Positions 1 through 8,383 of a stretch of DNA of 64,000 nucleotides are shown one piece after another (positions within the stretch are counted from its first letter, which is position 1; each line of letters starts with the position of its first letter). The stretch lies in assembly GCA_023255625.1 (NCBI GenBank), contig JAHFLF010000001.1, positions 290,965 through 354,964 on the forward strand. The letters are read 5' to 3'. Both the position numbers and the translations under genes were made by a program. Below the pieces are notes generated by a model, which was not told the DNA's origin, did no database searches, and saw only the letters and a list, made by a program, of their open reading frames with translations. The stretch is from Candidatus Harrisonbacteria bacterium (GTDB taxonomy: Bacteria > Patescibacteriota > Minisyncoccia > UBA6257 > 1-14-0-10-44-23).

Positions 1-185
1 CCATCGCCGCCGATGATCTTCTGAACGAAGTCTCTGCGATCGACCGTACTCTCACCATGCTCACGAGTAAGATCGGGTCGAGTGACGTAGTGCATATGGG
101 TTTGCATCTCAGCGACCCATTGACCATCAGGGACGACCACGGGCTCGGGACGCAAACGACTACGAATCTCGAAAACCTTGGACAT
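1..185 (-). CDS. hypothetical protein, 5' portion only; the ORF runs off the window edge
   Basis: Minus-strand ORF with ATG at 185..183 preceded by AGAGGTGG SD (rc of 186-200). It lies in a GC-rich block. No recognisable motif. Confidence 0.45.
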   Translation of the reverse strand, partial: MSKVFEIRSRLRPEPVVVPDGQWVAEMQTHMHYVTRPDLTREHGESTVDRRDFVQKIIGGD

Positions 186-304
186 CTGCCACCTCTTTGC
201 GGTAAAAAGTGAATTAGCAAACCTACCGCCAGCCTGCCAATTCCGGAACAGTTTACGTGCCGGAGATGAAAGAAAAAATCTACCATCTTCGATACATAAA
301 TTTG

Positions 305-338
305 TTGTTCGGCCGAGACCCCTGAGGGTCCCGGCCGA
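305..338. terminator. GC-rich hairpin GTTCGGCCGAGACC-CCTGAG-GGTCCCGGCCGAAC downstream of the minus-strand ORF ending at 346
   Basis: Near-perfect inverted repeat seen directly in the sequence. A related hairpin containing CCCGGCCGAACG recurs at 1250-1283. Confidence 0.4.
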
Positions 339-345
339 ACGTGCA

Positions 346-771
346 TCATCGAACTGCGTCTGCTAGGAAGCTGGCCACCTTGTGGCGGTCCCAGTCCCCC
401 ATCGCCCGCAGCTTCTGCTCGAGCTCGCCGCACTTCCCAGGCGCGGCGCGTTCCAGAGACATCGCGATGAGAGTCGCGACGATGATCCCATCGAGCTCGT
501 CGGCGCGCCTGGAGTCGAACATGAGCGCGACGAGCGAGTCGTGATCGAGCGAATTCGAGATCCTAGTGACACAGAGACGGGCGTTGCTTGAGAAGAACAT
601 CTGGTTCGCCTCGCAGAACCAGAATGCCCGGTCGTCCTCCTCACTGATCCGACCGATGTCGTGGTAGACACCGTCCCTCTCGGTGAAGGCGATCCGTACC
701 GCTGCCACCGACGGAACCTGCGGGAAGCAGGCGTAGAGACAGAAGCTCATCTGCTCCGGTGAGTCACTCAT
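346..771 (-). CDS. hypothetical protein (about 141 aa) in GC-rich island
   Basis: ATG at 771..769 preceded by GGAGGTGAGCCG. The start overlaps the upstream gene's stop as ATGA (translational coupling). No known motif. Confidence 0.55.
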   Translation of the reverse strand: MSDSPEQMSFCLYACFPQVPSVAAVRIAFTERDGVYHDIGRISEEDDRAFWFCEANQMFFSSNARLCVTRISNSLDHDSLVALMFDSRRADELDGIIVATLIAMSLERAAPGKCGELEQKLRAMGDWDRHKVASFLADAVR

Positions 772-974
772 CGGCTCACCTCCTCCGGCCGCTTCTCCAT
801 GTAGAGAATCGCCAGCGCGTGGAGCTTGTCGTAGAGTTCGCCGCCGACGCTGCTCGTGCAGTTCACGACGGTGATGCCGGAGCCCATCTTCTCCAGCCAC
901 CCGTTGACCTCGGCTTCGAGGTCAACGGGATTCCCACCCTTCCCCATCCAGTCGTAGAACACCCTGATCTTCAT
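768..974 (-). CDS. small hypothetical protein (68 aa, MKIRVFYDWMGKGGNPVDLEAEVNGWLEKMG...)
   Basis: ATG at 974..972 preceded by AGGAG. Its TGA stop overlaps the ATG of the downstream gene. Confidence 0.5.
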   Translation of the reverse strand: MKIRVFYDWMGKGGNPVDLEAEVNGWLEKMGSGITVVNCTSSVGGELYDKLHALAILYMEKRPEEVSR

Positions 975-1249
975 CGTACATCTCCTGTCAGTTGTGGCCG
1001 CCTTCTGGGGTCGGCCACTCCTACTCCTCGGTTGTGTGGTTGCCCACACTCCGAAGTTGAGGAGCGTACGCTGCGGGCACCATGCCCGGTCCGTCATCGT
1101 CGTGTGGTTGTAGTCTTAGGGCCCGAAGGCCCTATCTACATAAGCTCCACTTCATTTCGCACCCCCTTTCTGTATGAAAAGTGCGTTTCCCTAATATATC
1201 ACAAAATATATATTTGTCAATATTTTAAAAAATAAGATAGCAAAATCGA

Positions 1250-1283
1250 ACGGCCGGACCCTTGTGGGGGCCCGGCCGAACGC
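1250..1283. terminator. imperfect GC hairpin CGGCCGGACCC-TTGT-GGGGGCCCGGCCG after the minus-strand gene ending at 1296
   Basis: Inverted repeat. It shares the CCCGGCCGAACG 3' arm with the hairpin at 305-338. Confidence 0.35.
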
Positions 1284-1295
1284 TGTTGTCGCCTG

Positions 1296-2306
1296 TCACG
1301 CGGCGACGAGGTCTTGCGGCTTGATCCTCCAGCCGTGACGCAGGAGGAACTTCCGGACAAGGAAACGACCGCGGTGCTGCACGGCCGAACCGTATCCGGC
1401 GTATCTGTGCTCGCGCATCATCTGCCAGAGCTTCTGGTGATGCGACACGAGCCGAGGATCGGAGAAGATCTTGCGAATCCACTCCTTGTCCCCCGCTGCC
1501 GCAGGCTCCTCGATGTCCATCATCTGCAGGAGGATGTCAGCAGATCTGGCGTAGTTGCCCTTCAGGACCGGCTCGATGGCCAGCTCCCTGTCAGTGCGCC
1601 AGTTAGAGTCGCTCACCTGCTGGCGGATGAGCACGGCGGGCTTGATACCGTACTTCTCTCGCCAAGACTTGATATAGCCGGCGAGTGTCCGGCCCATGAT
1701 GCCAGCTCCCCGCTCGAGAGTGCCGATGCACTGCCCAACGATGTACCGACCTTCGGATTCCATCGTCTCCGGATTGCTGCCCATGCCCTCGCCCGCCTTG
1801 TAGCCATTCTCCTTGAGAATGTCGGCGAGCCTCTTGGACATCCACTCGCCCTCGCAGGCCTCCGGGAGCATCCCGAGCCAGGTGATCACGGCGTTGAGAC
1901 TCTGCATCGGAACCCGAATGGTCCCGAGTGCCTCACGCCGCTGCCGCTCGAACCTCTTCTTCCACCGACGATTCCGCCGGTGGAAACGCTTCAGCGCCAG
2001 CTCACGCTCCGGCGACATGTACGACCGCGCCGCCTGAACCTCCTCGGAAGCCTCCTCCCAGGGAGTATCCGGATCCGCAGACCTCGCCGCATCGACGAGA
2101 TCCTCGGCCGCCTGCTCGCGCCGTTCGCGGAGGTAGTGCCTCCACTCCAGCGTCGGCAGGTGGTCACTCGGACCCACCTCGAAGACCTTCCACCGGACCG
2201 TACGGCCCCGGCGCATGGCCTCGACCTTCATGGCCCGCAGCACCTCGCGGTTGCTCGGCCACTCGCCCTCGAACGCCTCGTCGTGAAGATCCTTGTACAT
2301 CAGCAT
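1296..2306 (-). CDS. hypothetical protein (336 aa), GC-rich island
   Basis: Long ORF. ATG at 2306 is preceded by GGAGGAGCTACG. The antisense ORF 1314..2414 has no SD. Function not recognised. Confidence 0.55.
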   Translation of the reverse strand: MLMYKDLHDEAFEGEWPSNREVLRAMKVEAMRRGRTVRWKVFEVGPSDHLPTLEWRHYLRERREQAAEDLVDAARSADPDTPWEEASEEVQAARSYMSPERELALKRFHRRNRRWKKRFERQRREALGTIRVPMQSLNAVITWLGMLPEACEGEWMSKRLADILKENGYKAGEGMGSNPETMESEGRYIVGQCIGTLERGAGIMGRTLAGYIKSWREKYGIKPAVLIRQQVSDSNWRTDRELAIEPVLKGNYARSADILLQMMDIEEPAAAGDKEWIRKIFSDPRLVSHHQKLWQMMREHRYAGYGSAVQHRGRFLVRKFLLRHGWRIKPQDLVAA

Positions 2307-2562
2307 CGTAGCTCCTCCATGGTTGTTGCCATGTTCCTCGGTGTAGCGAACTACACCGAAGCGAGGAACATACGAACCCAGGGCGACATGCCCCGGAATT
2401 GTTCATCGGTGTAGAGTTGAGAGGTATTACATCTCAGCTCAACCCACCGGCAGCGGAACCATTCCGCATAGCCACTTCATGCCGCCTCCTTTCTCCGTTT
2501 ATTTGGCGGTAAAATATATTATAGCATAATTTATATAGATATGTCAAGCATTTCTATGTATT

Positions 2563-2619
2563 AGTGTACTAGTACACTGTAACAGGAGAAAGGGCTATTC
2601 AGCAGCGTACTAGTACATG
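2563..2619. promoter_or_regulatory. two trp-operator-like palindromes: AGTGTACTAGTACACT (2563-2578) and GCGTACTAGTACATG (2604-2619)
   Basis: Perfect 16-bp and near-perfect palindromes built on a GTACTAGTAC core, the same core as the E. coli TrpR operator half-sites. They sit at the junction of the GC-rich block and the AT-rich backbone. Confidence 0.4.
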
Positions 2620-2644
2620 AATACATGGCAGATTTTAGACCGCG

Positions 2645-3040
2645 CTACAAATTTTCGTACTGCCGGATGTCACAGGTCTCGTGCCAATTTTTTATTGAGG
2701 CCAGCGGGTCTTTTATAGCAATGGCGACAAGATCAATCCGATACCCCAGCTTTTCGTTAACATACTGCGGATAGCGATTTGCAAACCCCTGTGCTAGTCG
2801 CCGCACACGCAACCGCTTCTCTTCATTAAAATGCATCTCTGGAATAAACATTGAGACTGGCCCGGCCAGCGTTTTCACTTCCACAAACACCAAAACCCCT
2901 TTTTGACCCCGCGCAATCACATCAATCTCGCCAACATGTTTCACGCGGTGATTTCTAACCAAAATCCGATATTTCTTTTCTTTCAGGAACTCACAGCATA
3001 TATCCTCCCCTATTTTGCCGATTTCGCTCTTGGTACGCAT
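2645..3040 (-). CDS. yraN: YraN/UPF0102 family endonuclease
   Basis: 131 aa with the GEIDVIAR...LVFVEVKT pattern typical of UPF0102 (Holliday-junction-resolvase-like fold). Confidence 0.65.
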   Translation of the reverse strand: MRTKSEIGKIGEDICCEFLKEKKYRILVRNHRVKHVGEIDVIARGQKGVLVFVEVKTLAGPVSMFIPEMHFNEEKRLRVRRLAQGFANRYPQYVNEKLGYRIDLVAIAIKDPLASIKNWHETCDIRQYENL

Positions 3041-3106
3041 AAATTTATACTATCATATCTCTAAAAAATGTGTTATACTGTATAACATGAAATAAAACCG
3101 GTATGG

Positions 3107-3134
3107 ATACCGTTACGGCAAACATATTTCACGG
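3107..3134. repeat. left arm of a 28-bp inverted repeat (ATACCGTTACGGCAAACATATTTCACGG) enclosing the LAGLIDADG ORF
   Basis: Its reverse complement recurs at 3696-3724 with one mismatch. Seen directly in the sequence. Confidence 0.8.
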
Positions 3135-3136
3135 TT

Positions 3137-3598
3137 ATGAACCTAACGAATGAATACATTAGAGGACTTATAGACGGTGAGGGCTGCTTTTCTTTTTGTA
3201 CAAGCAGTTTCGTAGTAAGAAATGAGACTCTCTACCGCGGAAAGGTACCTGCATTCCAAATTTCAATGCATGTTAGAGACAAGGATCTTATTGAAGGAGT
3301 GCGGGATCATCTTGGCCTGAAAAATAAAGTCTATGTTTATAAATCTTCACAAAAAGATGGAATAAAAAGAGGAGATAAGGCAACCCTAATAGTCAGGAAG
3401 GCTTGTGACCTGAGAATGATAATAGTTCCATTTTTCTATGGTAAATTGCGCGGTCACAAGGGAAAGCAATTCAAGGAGTGGCTAGAAAAAATTGGATCAG
3501 ATGAAAGAGTTGGTGAAAAATTCAAAATTATCCATAGACTCTATAAATGCGGATATTGGGAGAAAATCCAGAATATACCGGAAAAATTCAGGAGTTAA
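3137..3598 (+). CDS. LAGLIDADG-family homing endonuclease (single-motif type)
   Basis: N-terminal YIRGLIDGEGCF is a textbook LAGLIDADG motif. 153 aa, basic C-terminus. Confidence 0.7.
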   Translation: MNLTNEYIRGLIDGEGCFSFCTSSFVVRNETLYRGKVPAFQISMHVRDKDLIEGVRDHLGLKNKVYVYKSSQKDGIKRGDKATLIVRKACDLRMIIVPFFYGKLRGHKGKQFKEWLEKIGSDERVGEKFKIIHRLYKCGYWEKIQNIPEKFRS

Positions 3599-3647
3599 AA
3601 ATTGTTTTACACTTTTCGTGAAACAAATTCGTGATTCAGCAAACAGG

Positions 3648-3656
3648 TTATCCACA
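3648..3656 (+). promoter_or_regulatory. perfect DnaA-box 9-mer TTATCCACA inside an AT-rich iteron-like region
   Basis: Exact consensus DnaA box. It is surrounded by repeated GTTTTAC(G/A)C and GTGAAACAA motifs across 3600-3930. Confidence 0.35.
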
Positions 3657-3695
3657 GAATCTTCGTAAAACAAATAATGTTTTACGCTTTTTGAA

Positions 3696-3724
3696 CCGTG
3701 AAATTTGTTTGCCGTAACGGTATG
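3696..3724. repeat. right arm of the 28-bp inverted repeat enclosing the LAGLIDADG ORF
   Basis: Reverse complement of 3107-3134. Confidence 0.8.
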
Positions 3725-4086
3725 ATATGGAATTCCTGTTCAAATCAAAAACGATGTTTGCCAGAATGTTTCACACTCTTTTAGAGTATTTTGCAAATCC
3801 CCGTTCAGAACAATTGTTTCGCATCTTTTAAACATTTTTTGCAAGTGTAAAACATCCTGTAAAACAAAACCTGCCCGCCTTTGGAGGGAATGTTTTACGC
3901 TTGTGTTTTACAAAAAATTAGCGTGAAACAACGAATATCCGGCAAAATAATGCGGCAATCCGGCAATTGCCTTATTTTTTGCCGTATTACAAAATTCACA
4001 AAATTATCTTATACCCATATTGGCTTGCTGATCAACATTGCCGCCGTATATACCATCAGATGAAGCATGCTCGCTTGACTATCATG

Positions 4087-4104
4087 CAGCGTACTAGTAC
4101 GCTG
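4087..4104. promoter_or_regulatory. 18-bp perfect palindrome CAGCGTACTAGTACGCTG upstream of the TrpR-like gene
   Basis: Perfect palindrome with GTACTAGTAC core, about 50 bp upstream of the start at 4158. Confidence 0.5.
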
Positions 4105-4157
4105 GTACATAGAGACGGTGTCTTTGAGTAATCAATATTAGTAACCAATAAAATAAT

Positions 4158-4442
4158 ATGAATAACCAATACAAAGAAGAGTTAGTAGAACTGCTGCGCA
4201 CTGCAGCTAAAGACGCGAAACTGTTTGAGGCGGTGCTACGCGACATACTCACGCCGTCTGAATATAGAGAAATTGCTAATAGGTGGCAGATAGTTAAAAA
4301 ACTCGCGATGGGAGAGGACCAGCGCGCGATTGCCCAGGATCTTAAGGTTGGTATCACGACCGTCACTCGCGGCGTCCATGTGCTAGAAAACTCGGGCGGG
4401 GGATTCAACCAAATGCTTAGTAAACTCGTCGCACGAAAATAG
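4158..4442 (+). CDS. TrpR/YerC-YecD family (Trp-repressor-like) DNA-binding protein
   Basis: 94 aa. LTPSEYREIANRWQIVKKLAMGEDQRAIAQDLKVGITTVTRG matches the YerC/TrpR-like HTH family. Confidence 0.6.
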   Translation: MNNQYKEELVELLRTAAKDAKLFEAVLRDILTPSEYREIANRWQIVKKLAMGEDQRAIAQDLKVGITTVTRGVHVLENSGGGFNQMLSKLVARK

Positions 4443-4476
4443 CGCCGCTACCCTTCGGCTCATATGACCACTTGAC

Positions 4477-4510
4477 TATGTTACAGTGTACTAGTACACT
4501 GTAACATAGC
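4477..4510. promoter_or_regulatory. 34-bp perfect palindrome CTATGTTACAGTGTACTAGTACACTGTAACATAG downstream of the TrpR-like gene
   Basis: Perfect palindrome centred on GTACTAGTAC. Could be an operator, a bidirectional hairpin, or a recombination site. Confidence 0.5.
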
Positions 4511-4728
4511 TGATTTATCTTCGTTATTACTTAATATGAACTGCTTGACCATGGCAACTAAAAACTCTGCAGAAATTCTCCGCACCTGGTGGGCCGCCCG
4601 ACATACTCGAAGGGCGCGCTTTGTGTTTGCATAACGATTTTTTATAAAATCTTTCGAACTTAAAACCCGCTCTTGGAGCGGCGTTTCTGTTTTCTGAACG
4701 AGATCAGGGGGCTGGATGGAGGTGCTTC

Positions 4729-5427
4729 ATGCCGAATATTACGCCTGTCGATACCGAGCGATTGCTTAGACCCATCACTTCGGAACGTGAGCGGCTCGAG
4801 CGATCAATTTCGAAGTCTCTGCCGTTTGAGCTCTGGGTCACTGGGATTCTGATGCTCATGTTACTCGGCGTACACGTTTTCTGGCCCGCAGACAAACTGG
4901 ATGCACCAATCGTCGCCCCTGCTGTCGAGTCGCAACAGACCGTCCCAGATTTGGAGACGACGACCCAGGCCAGTCATGAGGTGTGCCGGCAGATTCTGCC
5001 AGAGACGATGCTCGAGGCGGCGATAGAGCCCCAGGAAGAACGAACCTACCTCGTCACCTTCAAGACCAAGAAGAACAGCAATTGGACCGACTTCGGGGCG
5101 ACCAGAGAGACCAAGGAGGTGGATGAGGCGACATACAACAAGCACAAGATCGGGCAGGAGGTTAGCAGAAAGCCCGTCGCCTTCAGCTTCCGTGACTACT
5201 ATGCCGTGACCGTCGTGGAGAAGCAGATCAAGCGGAAGTTCTTCTGGATCGACCGAATGGAGAAGCGTCTGCAGGTTGGCGAGCGTGAGTTCCAAGCCGT
5301 TCTTGCAGAATTACAGTCTTGTGGCCGGGCGCCTAAGTTGCCTGTCGCTGCAGGCAAGATTCATTCCTATACCGTGGAGAAGCCGCTCGCTGAAACCGAA
5401 GGAAGCAACTCCAGAGGTGACAAATGA
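4729..5427 (+). CDS. hypothetical protein with N-terminal transmembrane segment (232 aa), GC-rich island
   Basis: ATG preceded by GGATGGAGGTG. Hydrophobic stretch near the N-terminus. Confidence 0.55.
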   Translation: MPNITPVDTERLLRPITSERERLERSISKSLPFELWVTGILMLMLLGVHVFWPADKLDAPIVAPAVESQQTVPDLETTTQASHEVCRQILPETMLEAAIEPQEERTYLVTFKTKKNSNWTDFGATRETKEVDEATYNKHKIGQEVSRKPVAFSFRDYYAVTVVEKQIKRKFFWIDRMEKRLQVGEREFQAVLAELQSCGRAPKLPVAAGKIHSYTVEKPLAETEGSNSRGDK

Positions 5428-5660
5428 AGAAGTTCCTGAAGTACTTCCTGCTCGCGCTCGTAGCTTCTGCGGTGGCGTACACCGTTCGGGCTGAAGAGCT
5501 CGACTGGAATTGGCAGTTCAAGGTCGTGATGTTCGATCGCATCAGGCCAGGGTCACTGGACCCAAGCTGGTGTGGCTGGACTCACATGGCCGTCTGGAAT
5601 CTCTTCATCGCTTGGTGGTACTACACCTACGAATGGAAGAGGCCCCATCGGTTGTGGTGA
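5424..5660 (+). CDS. small secreted/membrane protein (78 aa), Trp-rich
   Basis: ATG overlaps the upstream stop (ATGA). Preceded by AGAGGTGA. Signal-like N-terminus. Confidence 0.5.
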   Translation: MKKFLKYFLLALVASAVAYTVRAEELDWNWQFKVVMFDRIRPGSLDPSWCGWTHMAVWNLFIAWWYYTYEWKRPHRLW

Positions 5661-5698
5661 TGGAGTTTTAATCAACGGACCGCAAAGAGGTGCTAAAC

Positions 5699-6844
5699 AT
5701 GGATATCAAGCAGGTAATGAAGAGGCATGCGTACCAGAACATGCCGCTCGGATACGATGCTGCGTACGAGTTGGGCATGTTGGCACTGCGTGGGTGTGCC
5801 GGAGACCCACTCGCACAGATCCAGAGCATCGTTGCGCTCTCTGCACTGCACACGCGTGCGACCTATCACGCGGCGGATGACGCCGCCGCGGAACAGATCG
5901 CCGGTGTCTGCGCTACCGTCTTTGATCACGACATCGCGACCTCTACGCTCGGCTTCATCGAGCCGGTCGGGGATGTGATGGACAACTGCGGGATGGGTGG
6001 GGACCTGGTTGTGACGGCGAATGTCTCGACCTTGGCCGCACTGATCGCCGCTGCTGGCGGAATCCGAATGTGCAAGCACGGATCGCCAGCGAATGCCGAC
6101 GGTGGTCGACACGGCAGCTCTGACTTCATCGATCTACTGGGCATAGAACGCTGCCCAGAGGTGGGAATGGTCGAACGCTGCGTCGATGAACTCGGCTTCG
6201 GCTACAGCGAGGCATTGGATACACGCTACAAGCGAATCCACTGCCAGACACACGAGGTAGCGCAACTGCCGCACATGAATGACATCATCGGCCCGGTCAC
6301 CAACCCGGTCCGTCCGACCAAGCTGAAGAGGCGCGTACTCGGCATCAACCACCTTATCCCGCCACGGGTGGTCGCCAAGGCGTTCAGAATTCTCAACACT
6401 CGCGGTATCACCGTGGTCACGCATGGATTGTTCGTTCGCGGATTCACCGATGACAGAACGAGCGCATCCGGCATGGACGAGGTTTCAATCTGTCAGGCCG
6501 GCACTCTTGTCGCTGAACTGAAGGATGGAGAGATCACGGAATACTGGCTGACCGCTGAAGACTTCGGTCTGAAGTCGGTCGCAAGCGCCGCAATCTCGCC
6601 GGCGTCGGGCATGTCAAAGGGGGAATTCTCAATGCGCATCTTGTGCGGCGAGATACAGGGACCCCCGCTGCAAATGGTTCTTGCCAATGCAGCGCTCTTG
6701 TTCAAACTGAACGACCCTGCGCTCACTTACCCGGAGGCGTATCAACGGGCAGAACAGATTCACCGCGACAAGCTCGACCAGAACATCGCCACAGAAGTGG
6801 CTCGGCTCATCCCGAGTCAGAAGGGAGCAATGTGTCTCAACTGA
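5699..6844 (+). CDS. glycosyl transferase family 3 protein, anthranilate phosphoribosyltransferase (TrpD)-like
   Basis: MDNCGMGGD...KHGSPANADGGRHGSSDFIDLLGI resembles the TrpD GTGGD/KHGNR region. ATG at 5699 preceded by AGAGGTG. Substrate unknown. Confidence 0.5.
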   Translation: MDIKQVMKRHAYQNMPLGYDAAYELGMLALRGCAGDPLAQIQSIVALSALHTRATYHAADDAAAEQIAGVCATVFDHDIATSTLGFIEPVGDVMDNCGMGGDLVVTANVSTLAALIAAAGGIRMCKHGSPANADGGRHGSSDFIDLLGIERCPEVGMVERCVDELGFGYSEALDTRYKRIHCQTHEVAQLPHMNDIIGPVTNPVRPTKLKRRVLGINHLIPPRVVAKAFRILNTRGITVVTHGLFVRGFTDDRTSASGMDEVSICQAGTLVAELKDGEITEYWLTAEDFGLKSVASAAISPASGMSKGEFSMRILCGEIQGPPLQMVLANAALLFKLNDPALTYPEAYQRAEQIHRDKLDQNIATEVARLIPSQKGAMCLN

Positions 6845-7668
6845 CGAAGAAAAATGTGGGCATCATGATCGACTACGACGGGGTCGTCGTGTTGCAAACA
6901 ACGCAGCGGCCCACCTGTGACCCCAAGGCGATGTTCGAGCGACTCGCCCGAGCAGGGGTGATCATCATCCCGAACTCTGACACGCCAGTGGATCGTCTCA
7001 TGAGAAACTTCGAGGAAGCTACCGGCATCAAGCCAGCGCACCTCGTCGCAGAGCGCGGAGCAGTAGTCGTGAGCGAAAAAAAGCGCCACTACTACAAGCC
7101 CCAAGGCGACTTGTTCAAGCAGTACCGCAGTGCAATACAAGAAGCGCTGACCAGGGCCGGCATCGAAGTACTCATCAATGATGCGGCGAACTGGGTGCGC
7201 GATGTCCGTACGCATACACCCAACAGTCGCATGGCAATTCTCGACGGCATGCGCGAACTAAGCTTTTGCGCCTTCTTCCGGAGGACTGACGAATCCGGAG
7301 GGCCGTACATCGACCACGAATTCATGCAGGACTGCCTGCACGTCATCGACACCGTGGAGCCGCCAGTCGAGATCGAGAGGCAGACGGACAAATGTTTCGG
7401 GATCATGATCGGTAGCATTCCCGGAGTGAGCAAGACTACCGGTTTCCGGATTCTGCGTGATCTCTTCCGTGAGCCAATGCAGTGGTACATGATTGGAGAC
7501 GGCGAGGGCGACCTGATCGACGCAGATGAAGTAACGCATTGCGCGGTCGGCAATGCACAAGACGCACTGATCCACCGATGCGCGTTCCGAGCAAAACATT
7601 CGTACACCGACGGATTGCTCGAATGCCTCGACTGGATCAGCGCAAAGGAGAATCTATCAGAGCACTAG
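6832..7668 (+). CDS. HAD-superfamily hydrolase (Cof-like)
   Basis: IMIDYDGVVV (HAD motif I DxDG) and MIGDGEGD near the C-terminus. Likely GTG start at 6832 after AAGGGAG. Overlaps the end of the upstream gene. Confidence 0.55.
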   Translation: MSQLTKKNVGIMIDYDGVVVLQTTQRPTCDPKAMFERLARAGVIIIPNSDTPVDRLMRNFEEATGIKPAHLVAERGAVVVSEKKRHYYKPQGDLFKQYRSAIQEALTRAGIEVLINDAANWVRDVRTHTPNSRMAILDGMRELSFCAFFRRTDESGGPYIDHEFMQDCLHVIDTVEPPVEIERQTDKCFGIMIGSIPGVSKTTGFRILRDLFREPMQWYMIGDGEGDLIDADEVTHCAVGNAQDALIHRCAFRAKHSYTDGLLECLDWISAKENLSEH

Positions 7669-7690
7669 GGGGAGCTCGGCTCCCCCTACC
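7667..7690 (+). terminator. hairpin GGGGGAGCTCGGCTCCCCC at the border between GC-rich and AT-rich sequence
   Basis: Perfect stem immediately after the stop of the HAD gene. Confidence 0.4.
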
Positions 7691-7699
7691 CCCAATACA

Positions 7700-8383
7700 A
7701 TGAAAAAAATTACCGTTCTCTCAACCTATAGCCAAGATCTGCACTTTCAAGCAGATGATACTTTTATTAAAAAACGCCTCGGCGGACCAGCATTTTTCTT
7801 AAAAAAAACACTTGATCAGAAAAATATTCCTCATAAGATAAAACATGGGAAATTATACCGTATCGCGATACGGTATACGCACAATGGAGAGGAAAACGGA
7901 ACGGTGCTACATAAGCCGCCTCGTAATAAGACGCCGCAAATAATAAAAACACCCTATCTTATCATCTCAACTATCCTGGATGAGTGGCCGCTGCAGATCT
8001 CGGGGTACAAAGGAATATCTTTTATAGATCTACAAGGATTTGCAAGAGGGGGAAAGCAAATAAAATTTCCGGCAAACGCAAAACCGTTCTGCGTTAAAGG
8101 AACTCGGCAAGAAGTAAAGTATTTGAACCCTGGCGACCTTCGGACGCAAAAAAAAGAATGCTTGATTGTTACAGATGGAGGGAGAGGAGTTAAATTATTC
8201 TTCAAAGGAAAACGATACTCTTTCCATATCAAAAAACCCGTGGAAACAACTAATACCGTGGGGGCAGGAGATACTTTTTTCGGTTGCTTTGTGGCAACAT
8301 TTATACAGACTAACAATCCTATTAAAAGTTGCGAAAATGCTATACGACAAACTAATACATTCCTAAAATCACATGAAAGATAA
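7700..8383 (+). CDS. PfkB-family (ribokinase-like) sugar kinase, short form
   Basis: C-terminal VGAGDTFFGCFVA matches the PfkB signature 2 (DTxGAGD). Confidence 0.55.
   Translation: MKKITVLSTYSQDLHFQADDTFIKKRLGGPAFFLKKTLDQKNIPHKIKHGKLYRIAIRYTHNGEENGTVLHKPPRNKTPQIIKTPYLIISTILDEWPLQISGYKGISFIDLQGFARGGKQIKFPANAKPFCVKGTRQEVKYLNPGDLRTQKKECLIVTDGGRGVKLFFKGKRYSFHIKKPVETTNTVGAGDTFFGCFVATFIQTNNPIKSCENAIRQTNTFLKSHER

Noticed and set aside
1314-2414. Plus-strand 366-aa ORF antisense to the 1296..2306 gene.
   Set aside because: No SD, Pro/Leu/Arg-rich shadow ORF. The minus-strand gene has a GGAGG SD and sits in a same-strand coupled gene series.
3060-3730. Calling the region between the 28-bp inverted repeats a group I intron.
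   Set aside because: No host exon is interrupted and I could not find P7, R or S-like elements of the kind that are evident in the tRNA-Phe intron. It is left as an unexplained endonuclease locus.
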